This document shows, piece after piece, positions 27,329-34,910 of a DNA stretch of 64,000 nt. The notes beneath the pieces are model-generated. The model saw only the letters and a program-made list of their open reading frames with translations, had not been told where the DNA came from and did not search any database. Made by a program: the position numbers and the translations under genes. The first letter of the stretch is position 1. Each line of letters begins with the position of its first letter. Location of the stretch: positions 4,994-68,993 of the forward strand of contig CAVQWQ010000001.1 of the NCBI GenBank assembly GCA_963717645.1. Direction: 5' to 3'. The stretch is from an uncultured Actinomycetes bacterium. GTDB lineage: Bacteria; Actinomycetota; Acidimicrobiia; Acidimicrobiales; AC-9.

Positions 27329-28247
27329 CTCGCCTCTGCGTCGGCATCGATTTAGGCAAGGTTCACGACCGCAGCGCCATCGTCGTCATCGACCGTCACC
27401 CACCCGGCTCCCGCGCTCGCCGCGTCGGGCGCCTAACATCCGCGCCGCCGAACGGCTAGGGCTCGGTCAGGCCTACGGAGCCCAGCTCGACCAGATAGCC
27501 GCCATCCTCGAGCGCACCGACGTGGCTGGAGAATGGCGCCGGATCGCCATCGACTCGACAGGCTTGGGCATCCCGGTGCTGGAGCAGGCCAGAGAGCGTT
27601 TGCGCCCGAGTCCCTATGGGATCAGCATCACCAGCGGCGCCAGCCCCAACGTCGACGGCCAGGATTGGCGTGTGCCTAAGGCCGACCTCGTTGGTGCTCT
27701 CCAGGTCGCCCTCCAGAATCGCAGGCTGCGCATCGCCCGCTCCCTGCCCGAGCGCGGCGTCTGGGTCAACGAGATGAAGGCCTTCAGGGCGACCATGACC
27801 GCCAGCGGCACCACCTACGGCAACGATCCCAGCAAGTCCCAACATGACGACCTCGTCGTCGCCACCATGCTGGCCACCTACCTGGCCAAGCGTTGCGAGG
27901 GCGGCGCACAGAGCTACTTCGAGTCGCTCAGCTGGACGTGCGAAGCCTGCGGCCTGCCGACCAGCAACCAGCTCCAGAACTGCGTCTCCTGTGGTGCCGC
28001 CCGACCGCCCCTCATCGACCCCGAGGAGCCGCTGCCGCCCGAGCCGCAGCCGTGGGTCTGTTCCAACTGCCTGAGCCGCGGCATCCACACCGAGAACCCT
28101 GGCACCAGAGACCGCTGCCGGTGTGGCTGGCGGGTCCGTGACGCTCCGGAGCCCACGAACACGATCGACGCCCAGACGCATGTCCCGCCCGTCCGCCGCC
28201 CTGCGTTCCCGCACCCACGTGACCCGCGCACCTGGTGGCCAGGGTGA
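27325..28247 (+). pseudogene. terminase large subunit nuclease domain (frameshifted near 27400-27450) with a C-terminal double zinc-ribbon extension
   Basis: Frame 1 reads VTRLCVGIDLGKVHDRSAIVVIDRHP..., an RNaseH-like first Asp strand, stopping at 27459. Frame 0 continues as AERLGLGQAYGAQLDQIAAIL...IAIDSTGLGIPVLE...HDDLVVATMLATYLA. Then come WTCEACGLPTSNQLQNCVSCGA and WVCSNCLSRGIHTENPGTRDRCRCGW. Confidence 0.65.
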
Positions 28248-28627
28248 GAATCGCCCTCGGTGACCAGGGTGGCACGTGGGTCCCCGACCGCTACGCCGGT
28301 CTAGGCGCCTGGCTGTGGGAGCTCGCCGTGCATCACCTTGAACGCAACGAGGGATGGCGGGTACCCGAGGAGTTCGTGGCGATGGTCGAGGAGTTGCACC
28401 AGGCCGGCGAGGCTCGTGCAGCACGAGCGGCGGGTTGCGGGAAAGCAACGAAACAGGTTTCGGAACCTAGCGGTCCTGCCATAGTGGGCGAGAAGTTACT
28501 GACTACTCGAGAGGCCGCAGCACGAGCCAACGTCTCAGAGCAGGCGATCAGAAGGGCCGCGAACGAGGGCCGATTGCCTGGAAGGAGACACGGAAAGGTG
28601 CGGGTATTCGAGGAGAGAGGATATTGA
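28235..28627 (+). CDS. excisionase-family helix-turn-helix DNA-binding protein (candidate recombination directionality factor)
   Basis: The C-terminal LLTTREAAARANVSEQAIRRAANEGRLPGRRHGKVRVFEE matches the Xis/MerR-type HTH_17 pattern (lt..EaA..lgVs..ti.r....G.lp......r.f). Confidence 0.6.
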   Translation: MARVRIALGDQGGTWVPDRYAGLGAWLWELAVHHLERNEGWRVPEEFVAMVEELHQAGEARAARAAGCGKATKQVSEPSGPAIVGEKLLTTREAAARANVSEQAIRRAANEGRLPGRRHGKVRVFEERGY

Positions 28628-28654
28628 CGCATACATTGCGCGCCGTAACGCGGC

Positions 28655-29086
28655 GTGACCCCCTCGATGAAGGGCTCGAGATGTTCGGCAACAACCGGGC
28701 TACCGGCTGGGCAAGCGAAAGGCGCCCCTCGAGCCGCCACCCCGGCGGCTGTTGAGGCGGCACAGTTGGCCCGCGCCATCGTCACAGCGAGACTCGGCCT
28801 GACCAACGATGTAGCGAGCCAGGCCGTGCTGGCCAACCTCGTCGACGAGGCCGTCACTGACCCGGACACAGCCCGGAACGTGGTGTGTGCGCTGTCAGCC
28901 TTGGCCGGCATCAACATGGCTAGGTGGCTCGTCATGGTGGGCCTCGAGGCCGAGCCGTCGGTTGAGATAACCCAGACCTTCTGGCAGACGTGCGCCCAGT
29001 GGGCGGCGAGATCGGAGCTGACCATCTGGATGGCGTACATGCACGATGACGACAAGCCCGTTCGACGCTGGCCGAACCGACGGTAA
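28655..29086 (+). CDS. hypothetical protein
   Basis: An open frame with a helical-looking core (LARAIVTARLGLTNDVASQAVLANLVDEAVTDPDTARNVVCALSALAGINMARWLV). The start is uncertain and I recognise no family. Confidence 0.35.
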   Translation: MTPSMKGSRCSATTGLPAGQAKGAPRAATPAAVEAAQLARAIVTARLGLTNDVASQAVLANLVDEAVTDPDTARNVVCALSALAGINMARWLVMVGLEAEPSVEITQTFWQTCAQWAARSELTIWMAYMHDDDKPVRRWPNRR

Positions 29087-29426
29087 AGAAACGACACCTT
29101 GAACCCGTCGCCGCCAACGCCGAAGCCAGGCCAGGCGGATGCCCACGGCAGGATCACGCTGCCATCGGGACGACGGGCGAGACTGAAAACCGGGACCCCG
29201 CAACGCTCACTATCAATGAGCGCAACACGCTAGGCGAACACCGTGAGGCCGGGCATCGATGACAGCGCCGGACGCCGAGCGGTTGTGTCGGTGGTCGGCG
29301 CAAAGCTGCCAGACGGTGTCAAAAGATCGTCCGAGCAGTTGCCGAGGGAGGACTACGAGGCCTTGGTTTCGGCGTCGTCGGTGCTGTCACCAAGCCTACC
29401 TCGAGCAGCTCCCGGGCGGCAGCAAG

Positions 29427-29750
29427 ATGGTCGAAGCCGGTCGCCTCGAGGTCGAAGCGGCGAAGTGCGCCGGCTACGACCCGAACCGCGAACGCCAGCT
29501 CCTCCTTGATGCCTCGAGGCTCCGGCGCGAGGCGAACGACACGATCGAGATAGTGCGCGAGGTCGACCAGCTCAACAAGGTCGCCGCCGCCGACACCGCC
29601 GACACTGTGTTCGCGATGCGTCGGGTTCGAGCGGCCGAGTACCGGGCGAAGGCCCACCAACACGTCCATGATCGACGACCTGTTTCGGCTTACAGCCTGA
29701 AGAGAGCATACCGCGCGAGCGCGGTGAGGACTAACCGAGGAGGACCATGA
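29427..29750 (+). CDS. hypothetical coiled-coil protein
   Basis: MVEAGRLEVEAAKCAGYDPNRERQLLLDASRLRREANDTIEIVREVDQLNKV.... The upstream part of track ORF 29259.. is Arg/Cys-rich junk, so an upstream frameshifted extension is possible. Confidence 0.4.
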   Translation: MVEAGRLEVEAAKCAGYDPNRERQLLLDASRLRREANDTIEIVREVDQLNKVAAADTADTVFAMRRVRAAEYRAKAHQHVHDRRPVSAYSLKRAYRASAVRTNRGGP

Positions 29751-30043
29751 GACAGGTCGTCGCGAAGAACATCGTCGCTAGCGGCAACACTGGAGCGGCC
29801 GAGTACCGGGAGGGTGTCGCCGTGGACATCGTCCGATGGGGCTCCGTGCCTGTGCAGATTCAGTTCGGCTATACCGCTGCAGACCGGTTCAGGATCACCA
29901 ACGTTCGTACTGGCTTCTGGGCTGAAGGTGACAGCGAGGCGGTGCTCCTCGTCGACGAGGAGCACCGGTACCGCCCCGCCGATGGTCGCGCCGTGGATGT
30001 CGGCCAGTTCCAGGGCCTCGAGCCCCAGCTGAGCTGGCCGTAA
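29747..30043 (+). CDS. hypothetical small beta-rich protein
   Basis: A GGAGGA RBS and ATGA overlap with the preceding ORF. The sequence is MRQVVAKNIVASGNTGAAEYREGVAVDIVRWGSVPVQIQFGYTAADRFRITNVRTGFWAEGD.... It is followed by an A-tract and hairpin cluster. Confidence 0.5.
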   Translation: MRQVVAKNIVASGNTGAAEYREGVAVDIVRWGSVPVQIQFGYTAADRFRITNVRTGFWAEGDSEAVLLVDEEHRYRPADGRAVDVGQFQGLEPQLSWP

Positions 30044-30064
30044 AAAAAGAAATCGGGACTGGCG

Positions 30065-30170
30065 GCAGCGGGGCAGGGCTGCCTCGCTGCGCCGTCTCGA
30101 CGGGGGGAGGGGTTTCTCGGCCCCTCCCTCCGACGACGGGGGCGGGGCTCGCCTCCTGGTCCCCGCCCCC
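30065..30170 (+). terminator. cluster of three GC-rich hairpins after an A-tract (module-end terminator candidates)
   Basis: taaaaaaagaaatc comes first. Then GCAGCGgGGCAGggCTGCCtCGCTGC (30065-30089), GGGAGGGG-tttctcgg-CCCCTCCC (30103-30130) and GGGGGCGGGG-13 nt-CCCCGCCCCC (30138-30170). Confidence 0.55.
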
Positions 30171-30558
30171 GTCACGGGCTGGGGACCCGGCAATAACGAC
30201 AGATCGAAAGATGTGATTGCGCACACGTCGTCGACAGATGGAGACCGAGCCAAACCGCTCCCTGCCGGGCGCTTCCTGAGTGTCCCCGCTCCGGTCGCTC
30301 GCCACGCCGAGGCGCACCTCATCGGCGGCCCCGGTGAGGAGACGCCCCACATCAAGATCTGAGATCACCCCGGCCGGTCCATGGCCCGCACCTGGCGTAC
30401 GGGTCGCAGGCGGGCGTGCTGCACGTTTCCACGGCGCGCACCGCTCGTCTGCCCGGCCGGGCCCCACGGGTCCACGACGTTTCGTGACGGGGGCGTCGCC
30501 GCGGCGAACGGACGGCCGCGGCCCCGGCCGGGTCCCGGTGGGGCAGAGGGCGTCCGTT

Positions 30559-30576
30559 GGGCATGTGCACATGCCC
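30559..30576. promoter_or_regulatory. perfect 18-bp palindrome GGGCATGTGCACATGCCC
   Basis: Self-complementary on inspection. It lies in a ~700-nt stretch without a convincing gene, just upstream of a zinc-ribbon coding remnant. Confidence 0.5.
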
Positions 30577-30792
30577 GCTATCCCGGGTCAGAGGGAGAGC
30601 CGATACCCGAGCTCGAGCGACTGCCTTGCCCGAGCTGCTCGAGCACTGAGATCGTCGGAATGCGCGACGGGTTTCCGGCGACGGCTATCTGTCGCGCCTG
30701 CCAGCACCGATTTCAGCTGGCGGTACGGGACCGACATTCACAACCGTGAGACGGCCACCGTCGGCGACAACGTCTTCGGTGCCCCGCCAGAG

Positions 30793-31700
30793 TCACGGCA
30801 CCGCGAACTCCGCCGGGGTGACGTAGCTGGCGTCGTGGGTGATCTCGCCGTGGAGCGCGGCGGTGGTTGAACCAGTCGACGTAGGTGAGCGTGGCGAACT
30901 CGACGTCCTCGACACCCCTCCAGGGGCCCCGGTGGTGGATGAGCTCGAACTTGTAGAGCCCGATGAAGCTCTCGGCCATGGCGTTGTCGTACGAGTCGCC
31001 TCTGGATGCCGACCGAGGCGCACGATGTCGTTCTCGGCGAGGCGCTCGGTGAAGCGAATGGACAGATATTGACTGCCCGGTTCAATGCGATGGACCAGGA
31101 AGATCGAGATCTGGCCGGCTCCGGTGCAGTCGAGACGGCCATCTCGAGGTGCGTCGTCGCAAGGCTGAGCTCAGACGGGCGACGATCTTCCATCCAACGA
31201 GCCTTGCGGGAGAACGGCTGTTGAGGATGGATGCGGCGTACACCCAGCCCGGAATGCGTCTTCACGTAGGTCAAGTCGGCCACCCAGAGCCGGTTTGGGG
31301 CCCGGTGCCTTGAAGTTGCGCTCGACGAGGTCGTCGGGGCGGTGCTGGCGGTCATCGGCATGCGGTCGTGACCTTGTAGGTCCGTCCCCGCCGGCGCCCA
31401 CAAAGGCCCAGCTCACGCATCAGGCGCTCGACAGTGCAGCGGGCGACTCTGGTGCCCTCTCGGTTGAACTGGGTCCAGACCTTGTCGACCCCGTAGACGG
31501 AGAGGTTGTCGGCGTGGACCCGCGGCGATGGCCACCTTGAACTGCTGGTCGTCTCCGCTCGCGGGCTCGAGCGGCGGACGCTTCTTGGCCACCCAGTAGG
31601 TGTTCGGGGCGATCTTGCAGCCGTGCTCGGTGAGCACCCGGCAGATCGGCTCGACCCCGAAGCGGTCCCGGTGTGCGTCGATGAAGGCGACGATCAGCGC
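30793..31700 (-). pseudogene. IS3-family transposase OrfB (DDE), at least 3-4 frameshifts
   Basis: Pieces occur in three frames: [41 protein letters not shown]; NLSVYGVDKVWTQFNREGTRVARCTVERLMRELGL; PNRLWVADLTYVKTHSG; DSYDNAMAESFIGLYKFELIHHRGPW...YVDWFNHRR; LHGEITHDASYVTPAEF. Confidence 0.8.
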
Positions 31701-32041
31701 TGTTGGCGGTCGAGCTCCGCCCCGAAGAAATGGGCTGCTGACTTGAGGATTTCGTTGGCCCGCCGCAGCTCCTTCACCTCACGTTCGAGCTCCTTCATCT
31801 TCACCCGTTCGTCGGTGGTGAGCCCGGGCCGCTCCCCAGCGTCGATTTCCGCCCGACGGACCCACTGGCGGAGCGTCTCGTGGTTGATCGAGAGCTTCGC
31901 CGAGATCGACTCGATGGCCTTCCACTGCGACGGGTACTCGTCCTGGTGGTCGAGGACCATCCGCACGGCCCGTTCCCGGACCTCCGGTGGGTACGGCGGC
32001 CGCCGGCCCTCCTCTTCCCTGGCATGGCTCCATCCTCTCAA
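31694..32041 (-). CDS. IS3-family transposase OrfA (HTH)
   Basis: [95 protein letters not shown] is the classical IS3/IS911 OrfA pattern. Confidence 0.85.
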   Translation of the reverse strand: MRGWSHAREEEGRRPPYPPEVRERAVRMVLDHQDEYPSQWKAIESISAKLSINHETLRQWVRRAEIDAGERPGLTTDERVKMKELEREVKELRRANEILKSAAHFFGAELDRQQR

Positions 32042-32075
32042 GAGAAAAACAAGGGACCGCAGTGGGCCTTTACTA

Positions 32076-33185
32076 TCAGAAGAGTCTGTCCAACAGGTAC
32101 GCGAAATTGGACCCCCAGACGTGCCCGCCAGCGACGGCTAGCCGGGGGAGCAACACGGCGGCTACGAACGTCAAAGCCGTCACTCTCCGAACAAGAGGAG
32201 TGCTGAAGGCCCGGGTCGAGTACAACGCGAACCACAGCGTGACAGGCCACATGAGCAAAGCGAATACTCGCGTCTCGTCGTTTGTGAACATTGTGGCGAC
32301 CGTGGCCGCGCCGAAGGCTGAAAAGAGTACCCGTCTCACACGCCTATCTGGCAGCCGGGTCCACAGTGATGCGACAAACACCCAGAACGCGCTCATCGTA
32401 GTGTAGAGCCAAGTAGGCAATTCGTAGAGGAAAGACTTGAACAGTCTAGCGGGGCCAACAAGAGAGATGTATGAGCCACGGGCCTCCAAACCGGCACCGG
32501 CGTGCGCGACATACAGCTCTACGCCAACGGCCCCGCCAACCAGACCAGCCAGCCCTGGAACTGAGGCGGTCCAGCTAGTGCGTCTGGTCGTATCTACTGC
32601 TCGCAATGCCAAGAGTATTGCAATCGTAAAGACGCCGACCTCTAGGTGGCTGATTGCCAGCCCGAACCCAGCGACCAAGCCCATGAATGGAGACTCAAAG
32701 AGGACGGCCAGGGACGCGAAAAGGAAGGTAAAGGGATCTTGGGCGAACAGCGTCATCAGGACGTTCGACAGGGGTGTGGCGAAGAGGGCGATGATGCCGA
32801 CACCCAGCCCCATGCGCCCTCCCGTACGCCAGAGGCCAAGGGCTAGTACGACGAGCGCAACGACGAGCACCGTCAGCTCCATCGCAGCATACGCGGTTCG
32901 CCCGTGAAGGCCTAGTACATGCGCGAGAGCGGGGCCGATCGGGGAGCCCTGCATCCACCGCTCTCCTCTTGGAAGACCAGGATTGCCAGGGAATGCGGCG
33001 CTGATCCTCAGCCAGGAATGCACATCCAGCTCGGTTAACCCGTTCTTGAAGAGGTTCAGTACAGCGACGACGGAGAGGAAGAGCCATGCCGGGGATTCGA
33101 ACACGAACCATTCGAGTCGGTCCACGGTACGTTGCCACCAGGATGGCGTGGTAACCACACCGTGGGTACTTCGAAGCTCATCCAT
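32076..33185 (-). CDS. polytopic integral membrane protein (about 9-10 predicted TM segments), unknown function
   Basis: 369 aa with many hydrophobic stretches ([120 protein letters not shown]). It is visibly lower in GC than its surroundings. Confidence 0.65.
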   Translation of the reverse strand: MDELRSTHGVVTTPSWWQRTVDRLEWFVFESPAWLFLSVVAVLNLFKNGLTELDVHSWLRISAAFPGNPGLPRGERWMQGSPIGPALAHVLGLHGRTAYAAMELTVLVVALVVLALGLWRTGGRMGLGVGIIALFATPLSNVLMTLFAQDPFTFLFASLAVLFESPFMGLVAGFGLAISHLEVGVFTIAILLALRAVDTTRRTSWTASVPGLAGLVGGAVGVELYVAHAGAGLEARGSYISLVGPARLFKSFLYELPTWLYTTMSAFWVFVASLWTRLPDRRVRRVLFSAFGAATVATMFTNDETRVFALLMWPVTLWFALYSTRAFSTPLVRRVTALTFVAAVLLPRLAVAGGHVWGSNFAYLLDRLF

Positions 33186-33490
33186 CTCCTGAGGACTCTC
33201 CCGAGCACGGGGGCTTCATGCAACAGAAGACGGCGAGCATCGGCAGAAGGTTACGTGGGTCGTGGCCTAGATGCGCTCGACTGGAGCAGCCCCCGCATCC
33301 TTCTCACGCCGACCGAGCGGGCGTAGGCTGGCGCCCAGCGCCCGATGAGATTCCCGCCACCCTCCGACGCACGATGGCACGCAGGGACCAGGCCCTCTCC
33401 TACGTCGCCGCCATCGACCGCTGGGCGCTGCCCCGGGTGTGGAAGACCGACCCGGCGGCCATGGGCGAACTGATCGGCGAGATGATGTCG

Positions 33491-33754
33491 CTCCTTGGCA
33501 AGCAAGGCCCGGAGGCCGTTAGAGAGCCGGTCAAGACGGCGCTGCACCTCGCCTAGGTCGCCGAGCAGCCGCATGGCGTCCTCGCGCTTCATCGCCAGTG
33601 CGCCGGGCTGAAGCATGGCGACCGACCGACGCAGCTGCTCGATCTCCTCTTTGGCGAGGTGAGGCCGGCGGGGCGCTGGCACGAACGTATGTCCCCATCC
33701 GAGCTGGAGAGGGTCAAGCCGATCAGCCGTTCGGGAGCGGGCACCTACCGCCAC
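33491..33754 (-). repeat. R-family copy 5 (most complete; canonical stop lost, reads on to 33251)
   Basis: ...LGWGHTFVPAPRRPHLAKEEIEQLRRSVAMLQPGALAMKREDAMRLLGDLGEVQRRLDRLSNGLRALLAKE... aligns residue-for-residue with copy 4 (18802-19034). After LRALL it diverges from the GEDV* end of the other copies. Confidence 0.65.
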
Positions 33755-34910
33755 CGGGTGCGGGCCACGGTCGGCTCCCAGGCCCGAGTGGCGATGGACG
33801 GGGTACTGTAGGAGACGATCCGCGTGAGCTGTGAGACAACCAAGCCGTGGCCCGGCCAGGTCGTTAGCAGGTCAGGCACCTATGTCGTCATCAACCAACG
33901 CTGCGTACGGGCGCCCGACCATCCGGGCGAGCGGTGCGCGTGCAGCGAAAAATGGTCGGCGTGACTGGCGAGGAGGCTGGACGCCATTGAGGCCAACGCC
34001 AAGAATCGCATCGGCAAGCCGCTGCGGCAAGGAGGTCAAGTGAGGCGAGCGCTTGTCCTGCTCGCCCTCGTGGCAGCGGTCGCTCTGCTGTCCGTGCCAC
34101 CCGCCGAGGCAGCGGGGCGCACCGTCCACGTCTCGGGCCTGACGCCCTGAGAGATCGCAGGGGGAGCGGCCGGAGCAGCTGACTGCGCCCCAGCAGGGAA
34201 GCCGGGCGGCGGCCTTACCTGTCTGACAGGACACAGTGAGACCACCTTCACCCGTCGAGGGAGGGGCTAGCCTCGGCTTCCTCTTCGCTCGCCTATCCGA
34301 GGGTGACCCCGATGGACGGGCTAGCTAGGGCGTCCACTCTTATACCCACCATCGGCCAGTCCGCCAGGGCGCCTGCTGAGGTGGGTCGATGCAGGGGGGA
34401 CGCATTCCGGGGTGTAGGCGCCCCCGTGAGCCCCCCGGACAGGAGGGCCGGCACTAGATACCCCCAATATGTGCAGACCCTCGGGGTAGCCTCGACACTC
34501 GGTGCTCCCCGCCGCCGACCCTGCCCCCAAGTCCTTCCACCGGGCCGTTGAGCGCCGCAACGCCGCCCTGGACGGCCCCGCACTGGCTCGTCTGTAGCAG
34601 GCCAGGCCCGACGCCATGCTGGAGGTCACCTCGACCATGGTGGACGAGAACCTGGCCGGCGTGTGGGGCGGCCTGCGCGTTCCCCGACACCGTCTTCCCC
34701 GACATCGAGCTCACGACACCGTTCTTCCGCGTCTCCCACACCGGCAACGTGGCGCGGATGATCTGCTCGAGGTGCGCGGTCAGCCACCACCTCCGGTTGT
34801 GACGCTTGTCATGGTGAACCCCAACCTCGCCCAGGCGTACGCTCCGCATAGCCATGCTGTCCGGCCGTCCTCCTGGGGCCGGCCATGACGGGCTCGAGTG
34901 GAGGAGCGAC

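Larger units (their letters stand above)
30747..32075 (-). mobile_element. IS3-family insertion sequence, decayed (boundaries approximate)
   Basis: orfA plus a multiply frameshifted orfB on the minus strand. The length of ~1.3 kb fits IS3. The ends begin TGAGACGGCCACC... (left) and the reverse complement of ...GGGACCGCAGTGGGCCTTTACTA (right), showing only loose inverted similarity by eye. Confidence 0.75.

Noticed and set aside
29243-29509. An alternative ORF (88 aa) upstream of, and overlapping, 29427..29750, possibly the frameshifted N-terminus of the same protein.
   Set aside because: Only the first ~45 residues look protein-like (…VVSVVGAKLPDGVKRSSEQLPREDYEALVSASSVLS…) and I recognise no family. 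This is too weak to call a pseudogene.
33218-33556. The + strand 112-aa ORF (…MARRDQALSYVAAIDRWALPRVWKTDPAAMGELIGEMMSLLGKQGPEAV…) as a real gene.
   Set aside because: It is antisense to the read-through tail of R-family copy 5, with an Arg-rich N-terminus. Its second half looks protein-like, so it is not excluded, but I cannot decide from sequence alone which strand, if either, is coding here.
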